DNA of 63,428 nt, counting the filler, from Octopus bimaculoides (taxonomy: Eukaryota), in the NCBI RefSeq assembly GCF_001194135.2. It is 7 parts of 6 records of this genome, joined end to end, with 100 filler letters (N's around TTAATTAATTAA, not from the genome) between each part and the next. Parts side by side here need not be neighbours in the genome. Positions count along the whole stretch, not along the records: positions 20,083 to 50,645 come from NC_068989.1; positions 50,746 to 56,028 come from NC_068983.1; 5 more parts are not named here. The stretch is one strand, 5' to 3'. The notes below the pieces were generated by a model that was not told the origin of the DNA, ran no database searches, and was given only the letters and a program-made list of their open reading frames with translations. Positions 38,685 through 51,485 of the stretch are shown here, piece by piece; positions within the stretch are counted from its first letter, which is position 1; each line of letters begins with the position of its first letter. The position numbers and the translations under genes are program-made.

Positions 38685-38844
38685 CACACACACACATGAC
38701 GGGCTTCTACGAAATCCACTCACAGAACCTTGGTGGGCCGAGGCTATAGTAGAAGACACTTTGCCAAGGTGTCATGCTGTGGAACTGAACCCCGAAGTAT
38801 GTGGTTGGGTAGCTAGCTTCTTACCACACAGCCACGCCTGTGCC
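38422..38844 (-). mobile_element. SINE family A, near full length
   Basis: Runs from the tail (TACTTGTTTCAGTC) through the (CA)n centre to the head (ACCACACAGCCACGCCTGTGCC). Confidence 0.85.
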
Positions 38845-39549
38845 CATAGCCGCGCCCACACATGCTTGAACAAATCTTACCTTTCCTCACCACTGATATT
38901 TATTTAGGAGAAAAACCGCCACATTTGGCTATGTACAGCTTGGGAGCAGATTCGTTGCAGAATTGCCATAAGAAAGCATAGAACCGGGACTGGCACTGTA
39001 TGGCATCTCTACCGACGGTTTAACAATTCTGAGGATCTACAGCCTTGGTTTTCACGTCGACATTAGGGTTAAACTGGTAATTATTTCATCGACCCCAAAG
39101 GCGAAGTCAACCGCAGTGCAATGTGAACTCAGAATGTAAAACGGACGAAATACCTCTAAGTATTTTGTCCGATGCGTTAACGAAGAAAGGCAAAGTCAAC
39201 ATTGGAGGGATTTGAACTCAGGATGTAGCGAGTTGGAATAAATACCGTGAGTTATTCTATCCAATGTGAATAACTCTGGTGATTCGACGCTTCTTTTTGT
39301 GGAATTGTTTTTTGCATTTTTATCTTCCTTTCTTAGTATCCAACCTTAATTCCTCTTAAATCAGTCTCAAATTAAAGACCACCGTCTAAAAACGAATACA
39401 CTGGACAATGTAATAGAAAATTCTCAGAGTTTGAAAAATAGGAGAAAAAAAGACGTAATAAGCTTAAATGGAAGATCTTCGCTCGACAAGAGATGTGCTG
39501 TGGTTAAACAACTGTAAGGTAGTTCTAGTAGAAGTAACAATTATTCTTT

Positions 39550-39960
39550 CTACTATAGACACTAGGCCTGCAATTTTTTGAAGACGGGCCTAGTATATTA
39601 CATTGGCCCCAGTGCTCAACTGGTACTTCGTCCCGAAAGGTTTAAAAGGCAAAATCAACTTCGGCAGAATTTGAACTCACAACGTAAAGAGTTGGAAGAA
39701 ATGCCAGTAAGCATTTTGTCCCGAGTGCTATCGATCCAGCCGCTTACGGCTTTAATAATAATGGTTTGAAATTTTGGCACAAGGCCTGAAATTTTAGTAG
39801 AGATAGTTGACTACATCGACTCCAGTATTTGACTGGTACTTTTTTATTGACTGTGAAATAATGAAAGACAAAGCTAACCTCGGCGGAATTCGAACTTGGA
39901 ATGTAAAGAACCGAACGAAATACCATGTCAGACGCGTTAACGGTTTTGCCAGCTCGCTGT
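39550..39960 (-). mobile_element. Two tandem SINE family B copies
   Basis: Two CAAGGCC...ACTGGTACT...CGGC(A/G)GAATT(T/C)GAACT blocks, followed by (AAC)/(AAT)n. Confidence 0.75.
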
Positions 39961-39972
39961 CCTCTCTGTCTT

Positions 39973-40162
39973 AACAACAACAACAACAACAACAACAACA
40001 ATAATAATAATGATAATAATAATAATAATGATAATAATAATGATAATAATAATAATGATAATAATAGTAATAATAATAATGATAATAATAATAATAATAA
40101 TAATAATGATAATAATAATGATAATAATAATAATAATGATAATAATAGTAATAATAATAATG

Positions 40163-40208
<46 letters not shown>
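39973..40208. repeat. (AAC)n/(AAT)n microsatellite
   Basis: Directly visible. Confidence 0.95.
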
Positions 40209-40631
40209 NNNNNNNNNNNNNNNNNNNNNNNNNNNNNNNNNNNNNNNNNNNNNNNNNNNNNNNNNNNNNNNNNNNNNNNNNNNNNNNNNNNNNNNNNNNN
40301 NNNNNNNNNNNNNNNNNNNNNNNNNNNNNNNNNNNNNNNNNNNNNNNNNNNNNNNNNNNNNNNNNNNNNNNNNNNNNNNNNNNNNNNNNNNNNNNNNNNA
40401 CCTAAAATACTGTGTATGTGATCTCAAATTTTAAAACAAACACATAATTTTCTTATGGTTTCTTAAACATTCTCTCTAACAACACTATGTACAAATCCAA
40501 ATATATGGTACCCTAGGCATAACACCTACATGAACTTCTAACTTGTTGTCTCTTGAGGTCTCTGGGTGAGACTTGGATCCAACTTGTACAAATGCAAAGC
40601 AAAAGTCAAACATAAAATAATGATGATGATG

Positions 40632-40674
<43 letters not shown>

Positions 40675-41215
40675 AGAGGAGGGTCAGGGTGAGAAACGTT
40701 TAGCATGAGAGGATGCTAAAACATTACTTCAAATATTATCCAATTCCTCCGAGAAAAGAAACAACAAATGAAACCGTAAAAAACCGATAAGATGTTGAAT
40801 CACAACTGAGTAATACACATTGAAATGTATTTATATATGCCACACATGAATGATGTATTACAAATGCCCAACATTCACACAACTGGATAATACAATATCT
40901 AATATTCTCACTACATATGTAAACACAATCGTCAATCTGCGGTTCTCTCCCACCCTCCCACCATAAAACTCAAGAAATAAAAGATAATTCAAATAATACC
41001 CATATTATTTTGCCTAAGAATAAAGAACTGTGAATGCGTGTTTTGAACTTATTGCTCAAAAGTATGACTAATTACGCTTGTATGACTGAAACGAACGGAC
41101 CGGTTCCTACCGCAATTAACAATTTAAATAAAAGTCCGGGCGTTACGCTTTGAGTTACAAATATAAAGAAAGGAACCCAAATGGACAGGAGACGAATATA
41201 TATATCGAACCTTTA

Positions 41216-41463
41216 CCCTTTGAACGGTACATCGAGAAATTAATTTTTTGTAACTAAACACTTTCAAACTTCGGACACTGGTAGAATGTGTCATATAAAT
41301 TACAGAAATACGACAACTTTAACACGAAATAACTTTGAAAATATAAACTTTTCTCAACATCACTAAGAGTAAAAGATGTTTTATATGACACATTCTACCA
41401 GTGTCCGAAGTTTGAAAGTGTTTAGTTATAAAAAATTAATTTCTCGATGTGCCGTTCAAAGGG
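41216..41463. mobile_element. Young MITE-like element: 84-bp arms (82/84 identical), 80-bp spacer
   Basis: Arms 41216-41299 and 41380-41463, with termini CCCTTT...AAAGGG. Confidence 0.85.
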
Positions 41464-41822
41464 AAAAGATCCTATTCTATATCTATTCTACATGCTTTCT
41501 TAACAGCGGTACTCTACACACAAAGCGAAAATATAACAGTATATTCATGTTAGGTTTGGAAGAAAAATAACCCATATTTTGCCTAACCCCCAACAAACTT
41601 GTTAACCGAAGGAGATATGTTATCAGGACGGGAAAAATATCAGAAATTAGAATAGAAAAATTAAAAGAAAGAATACATTATGAAAAAAAAAAAAAAAAAT
41701 GATAGTAGAGTACTTAAGAACGATATAAGTACCGAGAGTATAAAACCCAGAAATAGAGCTAGCACGTGCAACACAAAGTAAATAACGAAATACAACAAAC
41801 TCAAACCCTAGGACTATAAAAC

Positions 41823-42172
41823 AGTTGTTAACTGGTACTAACTTTACCGAGCCCGGAAGGATAAGAGGTAAAGTGAACCTCGGCAGGATTTGAACTCAGA
41901 ACATAAAGACGCAAAGCATTTCATCTGGCAGGCTAAAGATTCTTATTGCTTTAGCCCACAAGGGGCTAAACATAGAGGGGACAAACAAGGACAAACGGTG
42001 GGATAAAGTCGATTGCATCGACCCCAGTGCGAAACTGGTACTTAATTTATCGACCCCGAAAGGATGAAAAGCAAAGTCGACCTCGGTGGAATTTGAACTC
42101 AGAACGTAAAGACAGACGAAATGCCGCTAAGCATTTCGCCCGGCGCGCTAACAATGCTGCCAGCTCGCTGCC
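41823..42172 (-). mobile_element. SINE family B: near-intact copy (41941-42172) adjoining a degenerate copy
   Basis: GGCAGCGAGCTGGCAGCATTGTTAGCGCGCCGGGCGAAATGCTTAGCGGC head on the minus strand; central CTTTTCATCCTTTCGGGGTCGATAAATTAAGTACCAG. Confidence 0.85.
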
Positions 42173-42974
42173 TTAACGACTGCAAAAGTAATGAAGAATA
42201 TAATATAAAACCAAAATAATAGAAACAAACTTTTGAAAGATTATGAAGTAGATCTAAAAGTTGGAATCTCTAAAGTTAGAAACCGTGATTATGAAACACT
42301 ATGATTTAAGAATTAAATAAACAAAACTAAAAACAACAGAAAATCTTAATAAGGACCACCAAATGCGCCTACAAAAAATAAGATTTAATGATATGGTAGC
42401 AACAACAATTAAAAACATATATTTGGATATCATAGGACTTAATTGCAACAGGTGCAAAGAGCAACATTCCTAGGGTGAATAAAATAACTTATTTCGACAG
42501 CCTCTGGTTACTAAAGAAAGTGGACATTCCCAAAAAGGAGTGTCAAAAGCTCATGAAAATTACACGGAACACAAATATTAAGAAAAACATAGAGAATGGA
42601 AGAAAGGATCTGGCAATCCTTTGTGAAATCAGTAACAAACATGCATTTCAAAACAACAGGGAATATAAATTATAAAACAAGATGTACCTGAAGTAAAGAT
42701 CGCTAAAAACAAGAAATCCTCCCTAAGTCAAAAGGAGTCTTTCGGTAGGGAAAGCGCTAAGGATTCTTTGAATAAAATAAACGATTTGACTCTAATCAGA
42801 AACGATCCTACCAAGAACTTTGTAAAAGTAAAATAGAAATTGATTCAGAATCAGCAGCAAGAGTAGTAGACAAATTTTGAGGCGTGCGGACTGCGAAGTA
42901 ATCACCGTTGAAAAACGCTAAACAAAACAATAAACGCAGCAACTGATTTAGGCACAGGACCAGCGTTTCAAGAG

Positions 42975-43430
42975 GAGTGACCAACTGTTCACAACGACCC
43001 CAGTACGTGACTGGTACTTTATTTTATCTACCTCGTGGAACGAAAGGCGTAAAGAGTCGGAACAAATGCTGCAAGTTATTTTTACCGATACTCTAATGAT
43101 ACTGAATGCTGTCCTCCGCAGGATTTGAACACAGAAAGTAAAGAACGGTGAGAAATACCACATTGCATTTTGTGCGACGCCCTAATGATTTTGCCTATTG
43201 ATCACTACTTAACGATATCAATAATTCTTACCAATTTTGGCACAAGGCGAGCAAGTTTGAGGGGAGTGTTCAAGTCGATTATGTCGATCCCAATGCTTGG
43301 CTGGCGCTATATTTTATCGATCCCGAAAGAAAGAAAAGTAAAGTTGACCTCTGTGGGATTTGAACTCAGAGCATAAAGAGCCGTAAGGAATACTGCAAGA
43401 CATTTTATCCGACGCACTGATGATTCTGTC
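42975..43430 (-). mobile_element. Two degenerate SINE family B copies
   Basis: GACCCCAGTAC...CTGGTAC and GGATTTGAACTCAGA motifs, each occurring twice. Confidence 0.65.
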
Positions 43431-44792
43431 TATCCACCCCACCCCAGCAATATCAATAATAAGAACAATATCTAGCAATAGCAACACTTAATTTCGATTT
43501 TTGAGATTGAAAATTCCACAAAAATCTCTTTATGACGTCGAAAACGATGAGTAGGAAATGACTTATTGGTCGAAGAAAGCAAATACAACAAATATACTAC
43601 AAATACAAAACAATATACTACAAATACCAACAAATAGCAGCAAACATATCAACAAGGATAAAAAGGAAGCAAGAAAAATAGAAAGGAGGGGTAGTAGTGA
43701 AGAAGAAGAAAAGAAATTGGTTGATTTATTGTTAAAAGTTCTGTGTTGCTCGAAAGATTGACGCCGGAGAGTTCAAATTGATAAGCTAATTACAACCGAT
43801 AGAATATAGAACGCATTATTTCTTCGGAGATTGCCTGGCCATGATTGAACGGTTTGAAGCCAACCATCGACTTATAGCCTGGTGTTACATTGCTGATTCA
43901 AGGGGAGATAACTGAATAAATTTATGTAAATGAAACACGCTCGAACTCAACGTTCCCCGAGCTTGTTAGGACTTTGTTGTTGTATACAAGGCGTCGCAGT
44001 ACGTGCGACAAGTCATTTATATTCCAACGTCCCATCTCCCGGGGGCGTACAAAAGGATTTAACATGGCTTTCTCTCTCTGGCGCTTTATATGTAGTGTTC
44101 TTATTCATATTGTTGTCTTTAGCTTGATTTTAGTCTTGTCGGTATTGTTGTTGTAGTCGTTGTTCTTGTAGTTGTTATTGTTGTTGCAGAAGCAAACGTT
44201 ATTGTATTTATTTCATTTGATTTGATTTCATTTCATTTCAATGTGCTGAGGAGAGACGAAGAGATTACGTGCGAGCGAATACGAGAAAGAAACAAAGAGA
44301 GAGAGAGAGACACACACACACACACACACACATAGAGGGAGAGAGAAAGAGAAAAAGAAAAAGGGGAAAGAGAGAAGAAAAAGAGACAGGGTGAGGAAAG
44401 TGATGGCAGAGATAGAAAAGACGAGTGTGCGTAAGAGAAGGAAAAGGGAATAGGTGTCTTTACGTTAAGTTACAAAATATGGTTGGGATGGTGAAGGTAT
44501 GAGATGCACAACAGATGCAGAGAGAATACGTATTCGTTTTTGCTTTTGTTTTTGGATGACATATCAATGTATCTCGTACAGAGAGATCGACCCACGGTGA
44601 AGTAACAACAGCAGCAGCACGAACAACAATAACAAGGTCATTTTGGAGTAGTTTATTAAAGAGAAAATTTATACACCACAAACATAAAAAAATAACACAT
44701 AAATACAAATATTTGTTCTTGGCATTTCTCTGGAAATAAGAAACGCACACAGGCACACACAGACACAGACACATACACAGACACAGACACAG

Positions 44793-44863
<71 letters not shown>

Positions 44864-45451
44864 NNNNNNNNNNNNNNNNNNNNNNNNNNNNNNNNNNNNN
44901 NNNNNNNNNNNNNNNNNNNNNNNNNNNNNNNNNNNNNNNNNNNNNNNNNNNNNNNNNNNNNNNNNNNNNNNNNNNNNNNNNNNNNNNNNNNNNNNNNNNN
45001 NNNNNNNNNNNNNNNNNNNNNNNNNNNNNNNNNNNNNNNNNNNNNNNNNNNNNNNNNNNNNNNNNNNNNNNNNNNNNNNNNNNNNNNNNNNNNNNNNNNN
45101 NNNNNNNNNNNNNNNNNNNNNNNNNNNNNNNNNNNNNNNNNNNNNNNNNNNNNNNNNNNNNNNNNNNNNNNNNNNNNNNNNNNNNNNNNNNNNNNNNNNN
45201 NNNNNNNNNNNNNNNNNNNNNNNNNNNNNNNNNNNNNNNNNNNNNNNNNNNNNNNNNNNNNNNNNNNNNNNNNNNNNNNNNNNNNNNNNNNNNNNNNNNN
45301 NNNNNNNNNNNNNNNNNNNNNNNNNNNNNNNNNNNNNNNNNNNNNNNNNNNNNNNNNNNNNNNNNNNNNNNNNNNNNNNNNNNNNNNNNNNNNNNNNNNN
45401 NNNNNNNNNNNNNNNNNNNNNNNNNNNNNNNNNNNNNNNNNNNNNNNNNNN

Positions 45452-45483
<32 letters not shown>

Positions 45484-46876
45484 TAGGTATTTGGTTTAAC
45501 AACGTATCATTCCCCCTCACTCCCCCCCCCCACACACACATACACACAGACACACACACTAATGTAAATATGTTTGGTAACATCTGTTGTTTAGCTGTTG
45601 GTGAATCCTGATCTAACAGGCAAACATAATAAAAGGCGTTCTTGCCACGACCATTCTGTTTTGATTTCAAAAAAAAAAAAGAAAGCCACAATGTATTTAA
45701 AGCTAAATTATCCGATTTGTCCTTCTCTGTTTATTTATTTATGTTATTCATATAACGCGTAAGGGAGAGATTTAAGAAAGATTTGACTGCTACTACTAAC
45801 AAGCTGATCGACCACCTAGAGACTCTATCATCGTTGACTCGTTGATAACAGATAGAGAGACAGATACACCAAGAACAAACAACATACAACGAACATAAAA
45901 CGACAACAAACAAGCGCCATAACATTGCAAGATCAATGTGTAGTAATTTATTAAGCAAGAAATTTATACGAAATATAAATATATAAATAAATAAATCATT
46001 AAAACAAATAGAATTTATTCACGACAAAATATAAACATCGGTTTGAATGTTATTTTCGTTTGTTTATTCGTTATGTTTTCTTCTAGGAAACAACAAAAGC
46101 GAAATAAAGCAAAACAATATAACATAATATGAAACAAACGTAAATGGACGGCATCACAACGATGTACAGAACACAGGCGATCCACAAAAAGAAACGTTAA
46201 TTACAAAGAAGACAGCCGTTTCCCCTGCCATATGGCTAAATTCATCGGCACATTGGTGGTTCATATGGGCAGCTTTGTTTTAATGCATAATTGAAGTAAT
46301 TCGTTGGATAAATGTTTAAGATAAGGAATTATCGATCATTGGGTTGCATGCCGAAATCTGTGGGAGAAGAAAAAAAAAATCAAAGAAAGAAAGAAAGAAT
46401 GAAGGAAACAAGGAAAAAAATATTGCATGTATAAGTATAGCCTTATGTATTAGAACTTGTTTCTCTCTCTCTCACTCTCTCTTTCACTCTGTGTGGGTGT
46501 GTGTCTTTGTGTGTGTGTCTTTGTGCGTGAATATTTCGATGTGTGAGTAGGTGCCTTCTAGCGTGCTTGTGTGTAAATTAAAACGTAGCCGTTCATGTAT
46601 GTATGTATCTATGTGTGTGCGTGTGTGTGTCTATATATATGTGTATGTGTGTTTGTATATATACATAAATATTCACACACATACATACATGCATACAGGA
46701 ATATACGAATGTCTATATCGTGATATATATATATATATATATANNNNNNNNNNNNNNNNNNNNNNNNNNNNNNNNNNNNNNNNNNNNNNNNNNNNNNNNN
46801 NNNNNNNNNNNNNNNNNNNNNNNNNNNNNNNNNNNNNNNNNNNNNNNNNNNNNNNNNNNNNNNNNNNNNNNNNNNN

Positions 46877-46931
<55 letters not shown>

Positions 46932-49244
46932 AAGGAGAGAGATAGGGAGAAAGGAGTGTTTCTGTACATATGGATAAGTCTATTCGTCTCTATCTATGAA
47001 GATGTGATATTCCTTGCTTATTGAAACTGTCTTGGATGTTATTTACAAGGGGATAGATTGAAAAGTGGGAGCGGGGGAGAACTTCCATGTTATCCGTGTA
47101 CCCACCCCTTAACGACTGGAAAGCTGTACCCTAAAGTTATGTATGTGTTGAATGTATGCGTGTGTGGACGTGTGAGTATGCATAGATGTATATGTGTGTA
47201 TCTGTGCATATTAATGCATATTCTGAGTATTTGTGTTTTTCTGCGCATGTCACCAAAAGATAGGCAGAAATAGAAAGAGAAAGCGAGCACTAACTAGTAG
47301 GAAGGGAATGGAGGAAATGCGTAAGAAGAGTAGAAAGGTATAGAGAAAGACCAACTGAATACAGCAACAAATAAGGATACAGAGATAAGCGGAGAAGGAG
47401 TAATAGGGAAAGAGAAAAGCAGGACTTAGGGCTAAAAACGAAAGAAAAAATGTCTCATATGATTAAGGGATTATCTGGTGTTTCTCAGTCATAATCCTTA
47501 GAATAGATCACCTTAGCTGAAGTAGGATTCTGTTGTAAGAATTCTGAACAACGGCTTATAATTGTTGGTATTTATTCGTTCTTTGCTACTGTTCTTACCA
47601 ACACTTTTCCTAGCACCATTTTTTGACATGGGCACTCATCACCATTCGAAACACATGTCCTTATCATTGATTACTGGAGCTTACCCATCGTTCTTGCGGT
47701 ATGTTTTTGTCCCTTTGAATTTGTGATTGCGATTTATCAGGCACGATTTCCTTTGACTATACCAATAGAAAATGCAAAAGCGGGCAGCCACTACATGGTT
47801 TTGCGTTTATGGATAGTTGACTGGCAGGGCGCCCACTTTTGCATCTTCCAGGGTTAAACGAAATTGTACCCACTAAAGCGGTTTCGTGAACCTAAAGTTT
47901 TGAAACGCTCATTCTGGTTACTCATTTTTGTCATTTCTCATCACTTTAAAAAAAAAAAAAAAACTTATTCTCACCATTCTAATATTGACAACAAGTGGTC
48001 TTCAAAGTGATTAGAAGTGCTAGACTCACAATCGTAAAATCGTGGTTTCAGTTCCCAAACCAGACGACGTGTTGTGTTCTTGAGGAAAATACTTCGTTTC
48101 ACGTTGCTTCAATACACTCAAATGAAAATAAGTAACAACAACAGCTGGGAGGAGATGGAGTTAATCTTATGACGGACTGACGAGTCGTTCAGGGGAGAGA
48201 ACCGTACTCACCGTGGCGTATACTCCATTTGAATCAAGGATTAGCGGCGACCTAATTCAGTCTATAAACTTCAATTTTATTTTGAAAAACTATCCTTATT
48301 CTAATCATTCGTGTAATGACTCGTCTGATCACTCCTCGATACTCATCCAAAATCTCATTTAACAACTTGCCTCACCCTTCTTTGCAATCACTCTTTTCAA
48401 CCAATTTTTCTTAACAGAAATCATTATGATTTCACTTCAGAGGGCAGTTCTTACTAGAACTCTTCTATGTTTTAACCCAAAATAGCTAACATTCAAAGAC
48501 ACGTTTTTTTTTTTACATTTCTACTTTGTATATCTTTTAATGCTTTGTCAGCGAAGGGCGAGCAGTGCCTATGGCCATTTTTAGGGTGACTAAGGTTAGA
48601 AGTGCAGGGGTTATCCACAGACTTCAAACACGATCCAAACGATAGTGTTAAACCTGAAAATAAATTAAGTCAGCTTTGCTTTTTGTTCTTTCGGAGTAAA
48701 TAAAACAAAAGAGGAGCCAGTGTAGGGCGGTGGAACTGTAAAACTGTGGGATCGGATGCCTCGCAGTTTTTGTCCTCGCTCCTTGTGTTTCAAGTTCAAA
48801 TCTCTCCATGTCGTATTTGGGAAGTTGACCTATTCCATTATCAGGCTTGCCACCATCGCCTTGCACCTTGGTTATTTAAACGGACTACATTCTGTTGCAA
48901 GTATTCAAGCCTGGTCTCCGGTTTGAGGATGCCTACTACACTTACATCAACTCCAAAATCCTTATAAAAGGTCAAGTGCAATACCTTTTCGCCTCAATAA
49001 AAACTAAATAAAGATAGTTTGTTCCTGCATGTGGCGATACAATTCACCCTTGAAAACAGCCGTAACACGTTTCACTGACGAGTGGTTTGTTGAATAGCAG
49101 AATCTGGTTCAATTCTTTGCGGAGGGAAGCAGCTTGCAATAAGATCTAGGGAAGTTTATTTTACTTCTATGTAACGCTATAGGACACGGGACATATACTT
49201 CTGACCTGTGGGTCATTAAGATCTAGAAATGTAAAGCAGAGATG

Positions 49245-49281
<37 letters not shown>

Positions 49282-49344
49282 TTGAATATACATGTGTATA
49301 TGTATCTGAGTGAGTGAATATGTGTGTGTGTGTGTGTGTATGTG

Positions 49345-49399
<55 letters not shown>

Positions 49400-49409
49400 C
49401 CTATCTATC

Positions 49410-49474
<65 letters not shown>

Positions 49475-49897
49475 GACTAATGGTCTGTCAGTTTGTCAGT
49501 TTGTCTCTCTGTCTAACCGCGGATTGAACTGTGTAACTACTTTAATGAGTAACATCGATAATCCCCCTATCCTTCCCATACATACATACGCACTCCACAT
49601 ATTTCCTAATCAGAAGAAAATTTTCATAAATGTATCTCAAAGCCCTAAAGCTTCGTACACGAAACTTTCGTAACTATTCCGCCAATTAAAATATAAATCT
49701 CGTCATGTATTGGGTTTTATAACTCTTGTTTGTTCCATCAAGCGTTTTTTTGCTGTCTTTCTTTTTCTTTCTTTTGTTCCTCTTTTCTTCACTTTTCTTT
49801 TGTTTGTTTGTTTGTTTGTTTGTTTCTTTTGTTATATTTTCTTTCCCTAAATATGCGTGTATGTGTGTGTGTGTATGTGTGTGTGTGTGTGGTGTGT

Positions 49898-49936
<39 letters not shown>

Positions 49937-49946
49937 NNNNNNNNNN

Positions 49947-49975
<29 letters not shown>

Positions 49976-49977
<2 letters not shown>

Positions 49978-50155
49978 GGCGCGTGGCTTAGTGGTTTGGG
50001 CATTCCGCTCACGATCGTAAGATCGTGAGTTCAATTCCCGGCGACGCGTTGTGTCCTTGTGCAAGACACTTTATTTCAGGTTGCTCCAGTCCACTCAGCT
50101 GAGTAGTACCTGTATTTCAAAGGGCCAACCTTGTCATACTCTGTGTCACGCTGTG
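49976..50155 (+). mobile_element. tRNA-derived SINE head + CORE-like body, joined to a family C-like segment
   Basis: GGCGCGTGGCTTAGTGGT (A box), GAGTTCAATTCCC (B box), TGTGTCCTTGTGCAAGACACTT. Confidence 0.7.
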
Positions 50156-50645
50156 TCACTTTGGATAATCTTTTTCTAAAAAAGTGAAACCGGTTAAGTA
50201 AATAAATATTTTAAAAAAATAAGTGCATTTTCAAACCTTCTTTCCACTCGTACGGTATTCCACAACTTTACTTTATTATATATCATACTGAACTACTTGG
50301 CAAAATTGTTAATTATTAATTCTATTATTAATTGACGATTCCCTGCCCTTATTCTTGTATATTTTATATTTGATATCTCTAAGTTAGATGGTTAAACCGT
50401 AATCCCTCCACAAGAGGACTTCTTTTCATACGGGACTATTTGTGACGCACATGGAATAGATTTCTTTGGGGTGAGATGCCTGAACTCACTGGCCGATGAA
50501 TTCGTAAGTGCCTTTCTTATCGTTGATTTTTGGTGTCGCATGACCAAAAATTACCGTGAATTTTTTTAGAGACACTTTCAAATTTATCAGAATATTTGGG
50601 CTGAAGATTGGAATAGTGAAATTTTCATTCGCTTAACCATGAAAC

Positions 50646-50745
50646 NNNNNNNNNNNNNNNNNNNNNNNNNNNNNNNNNNNNNNNNNNNNTTAATTAATTA
50701 ANNNNNNNNNNNNNNNNNNNNNNNNNNNNNNNNNNNNNNNNNNNN
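50646..50745. other. Synthetic 100-nt join linker
   Basis: 44 N + TTAATTAATTAA (50690-50701) + 44 N. Confidence 0.95.
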
Positions 50746-51180
50746 ATATATATATATATATAGGTATATGTCTCTATCTATTCTCCTGCATTCACGGTTA
50801 TTTTCCTTTTATTCTGTCCTGTATTCGTTGCAGACCATCATTCATAATCTTCCCACCCTCTCTTCGACGATGGAACTGGTAGCTACCACTATCCTGTATT
50901 AAAGATATTCCTTAATTCTTCGACACTGAAGACGGGGTAGTTAGTTTTCATATGGAAATATTCGCTAAATGACATATAGATAGTTATCCTAGAAGCAGGT
51001 GTAAGAGGCTTTGCGCAATATTTCTTAATCCCTTATTTACTGTAACAACTCTGCAATTATGTTTGAATAATTAATTACACGCTCAAAAGTGATACCACAT
51101 GTTTTGCTTGTTCATTCTTTCTTTCTAACATATGTATGTGTAATATATATATATATATATATATATAAATATGTATGTGC

Positions 51181-51214
<34 letters not shown>

Positions 51215-51293
51215 ATATTTATATTAAAGTTTGAAATGATAATTATTCACTGAATATATCATATAGAATATCGTAAGATATCGAATATTTTAA

Positions 51294-51485
51294 TCGAGTT
51301 AGAAAACAAAGAGATCTAATGGATACAAATTAATTTATTAATTAATCAGCATATTCATCAACAATTGTTTCATTTCACAAACAAGATTAAAATTACGTTT
51401 GTGAAATGAAACAATTGTTGGTGAATATGTTAATTAATTAGTAAATTAATTTATATCCATTAGATCTCTCTCATTTCTAACTCGA
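51294..51485. repeat. Long hairpin: 89-bp arms with a 14-nt loop
   Basis: 51294-51382 vs 51397-51485, about 90% complementary and very AT-rich. Confidence 0.9.

Noticed and set aside
44470-44496. 27-nt plus-strand microexon ending AAG|GTATGA
   Set aside because: The acceptor is AAG with a purine-rich upstream region and no real pyrimidine tract.
44550-44640. Minus-strand signal-peptide-like ORF MTLLLLFVLLLLLLHRGSISL
   Set aside because: The hydrophobic run derives from a (GTT/GCT)n-like tract, and the ORF stops after 25 codons.
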